From Amoebidium appalachense (Eukaryota > Protista > Ichthyosporea): 64,000 bases of DNA. Below are positions 63,907-64,000 of this stretch, in pieces (within the stretch, counting starts at the first letter, position 1; each line of letters opens with the position of its first letter). The DNA is taken from contig CAVNZM010000003.1 in assembly GCA_963693365.1 (NCBI GenBank), positions 11,567,651 through 11,631,650 on the forward strand. The letters run 5' to 3'. The notes under the pieces were generated by a model. That model was not told where the DNA came from. It ran no database searches and saw only the letters and a list, made by a program, of their open reading frames with translations. A program made the translations under genes and the position numbers.

Positions 63907-64000
63907 CTGAATACAGCACACATGCACACGGTCAGATAAGAGTGAAGAGACAGGCGGCGCTAAACACTTAACCAAATATCGCCGGTGAAAGTTACACGGA

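Overview
Eukaryotic, intron-rich genomic window in two parts. (1) About 1-24.5 kb is a stack of nested transposable elements. An APE-RT LINE is interrupted by a young non-autonomous LTR retrotransposon and a solo LTR. It is followed by a ~14.8 kb element with ~1.08 kb terminal inverted repeats that contains a decayed chromodomain Ty3/Gypsy, two more solo LTRs, a TRIM and two more LINEs. (2) About 25-64 kb holds host genes whose introns are filled with poly-G/poly-C and (TG)n tracts: a secreted or lysosomal histidine acid phosphatase, a small hypothetical gene, and a complete [FeFe]-hydrogenase H-cluster maturation locus. That locus is an 18-exon HydE-HydF fusion (~994 aa, minus strand) head-to-head with an 8-exon HydG (~536 aa, plus strand). 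Both carry mitochondrial-type N-terminal presequences, and the HydE/HydF linker contains a second, internal presequence-like motif. No hydA gene was recognised in the window. Exon structures were reconstructed by hand from GT-AG sites and reading-frame phase. The organism cannot be identified from this sequence alone.
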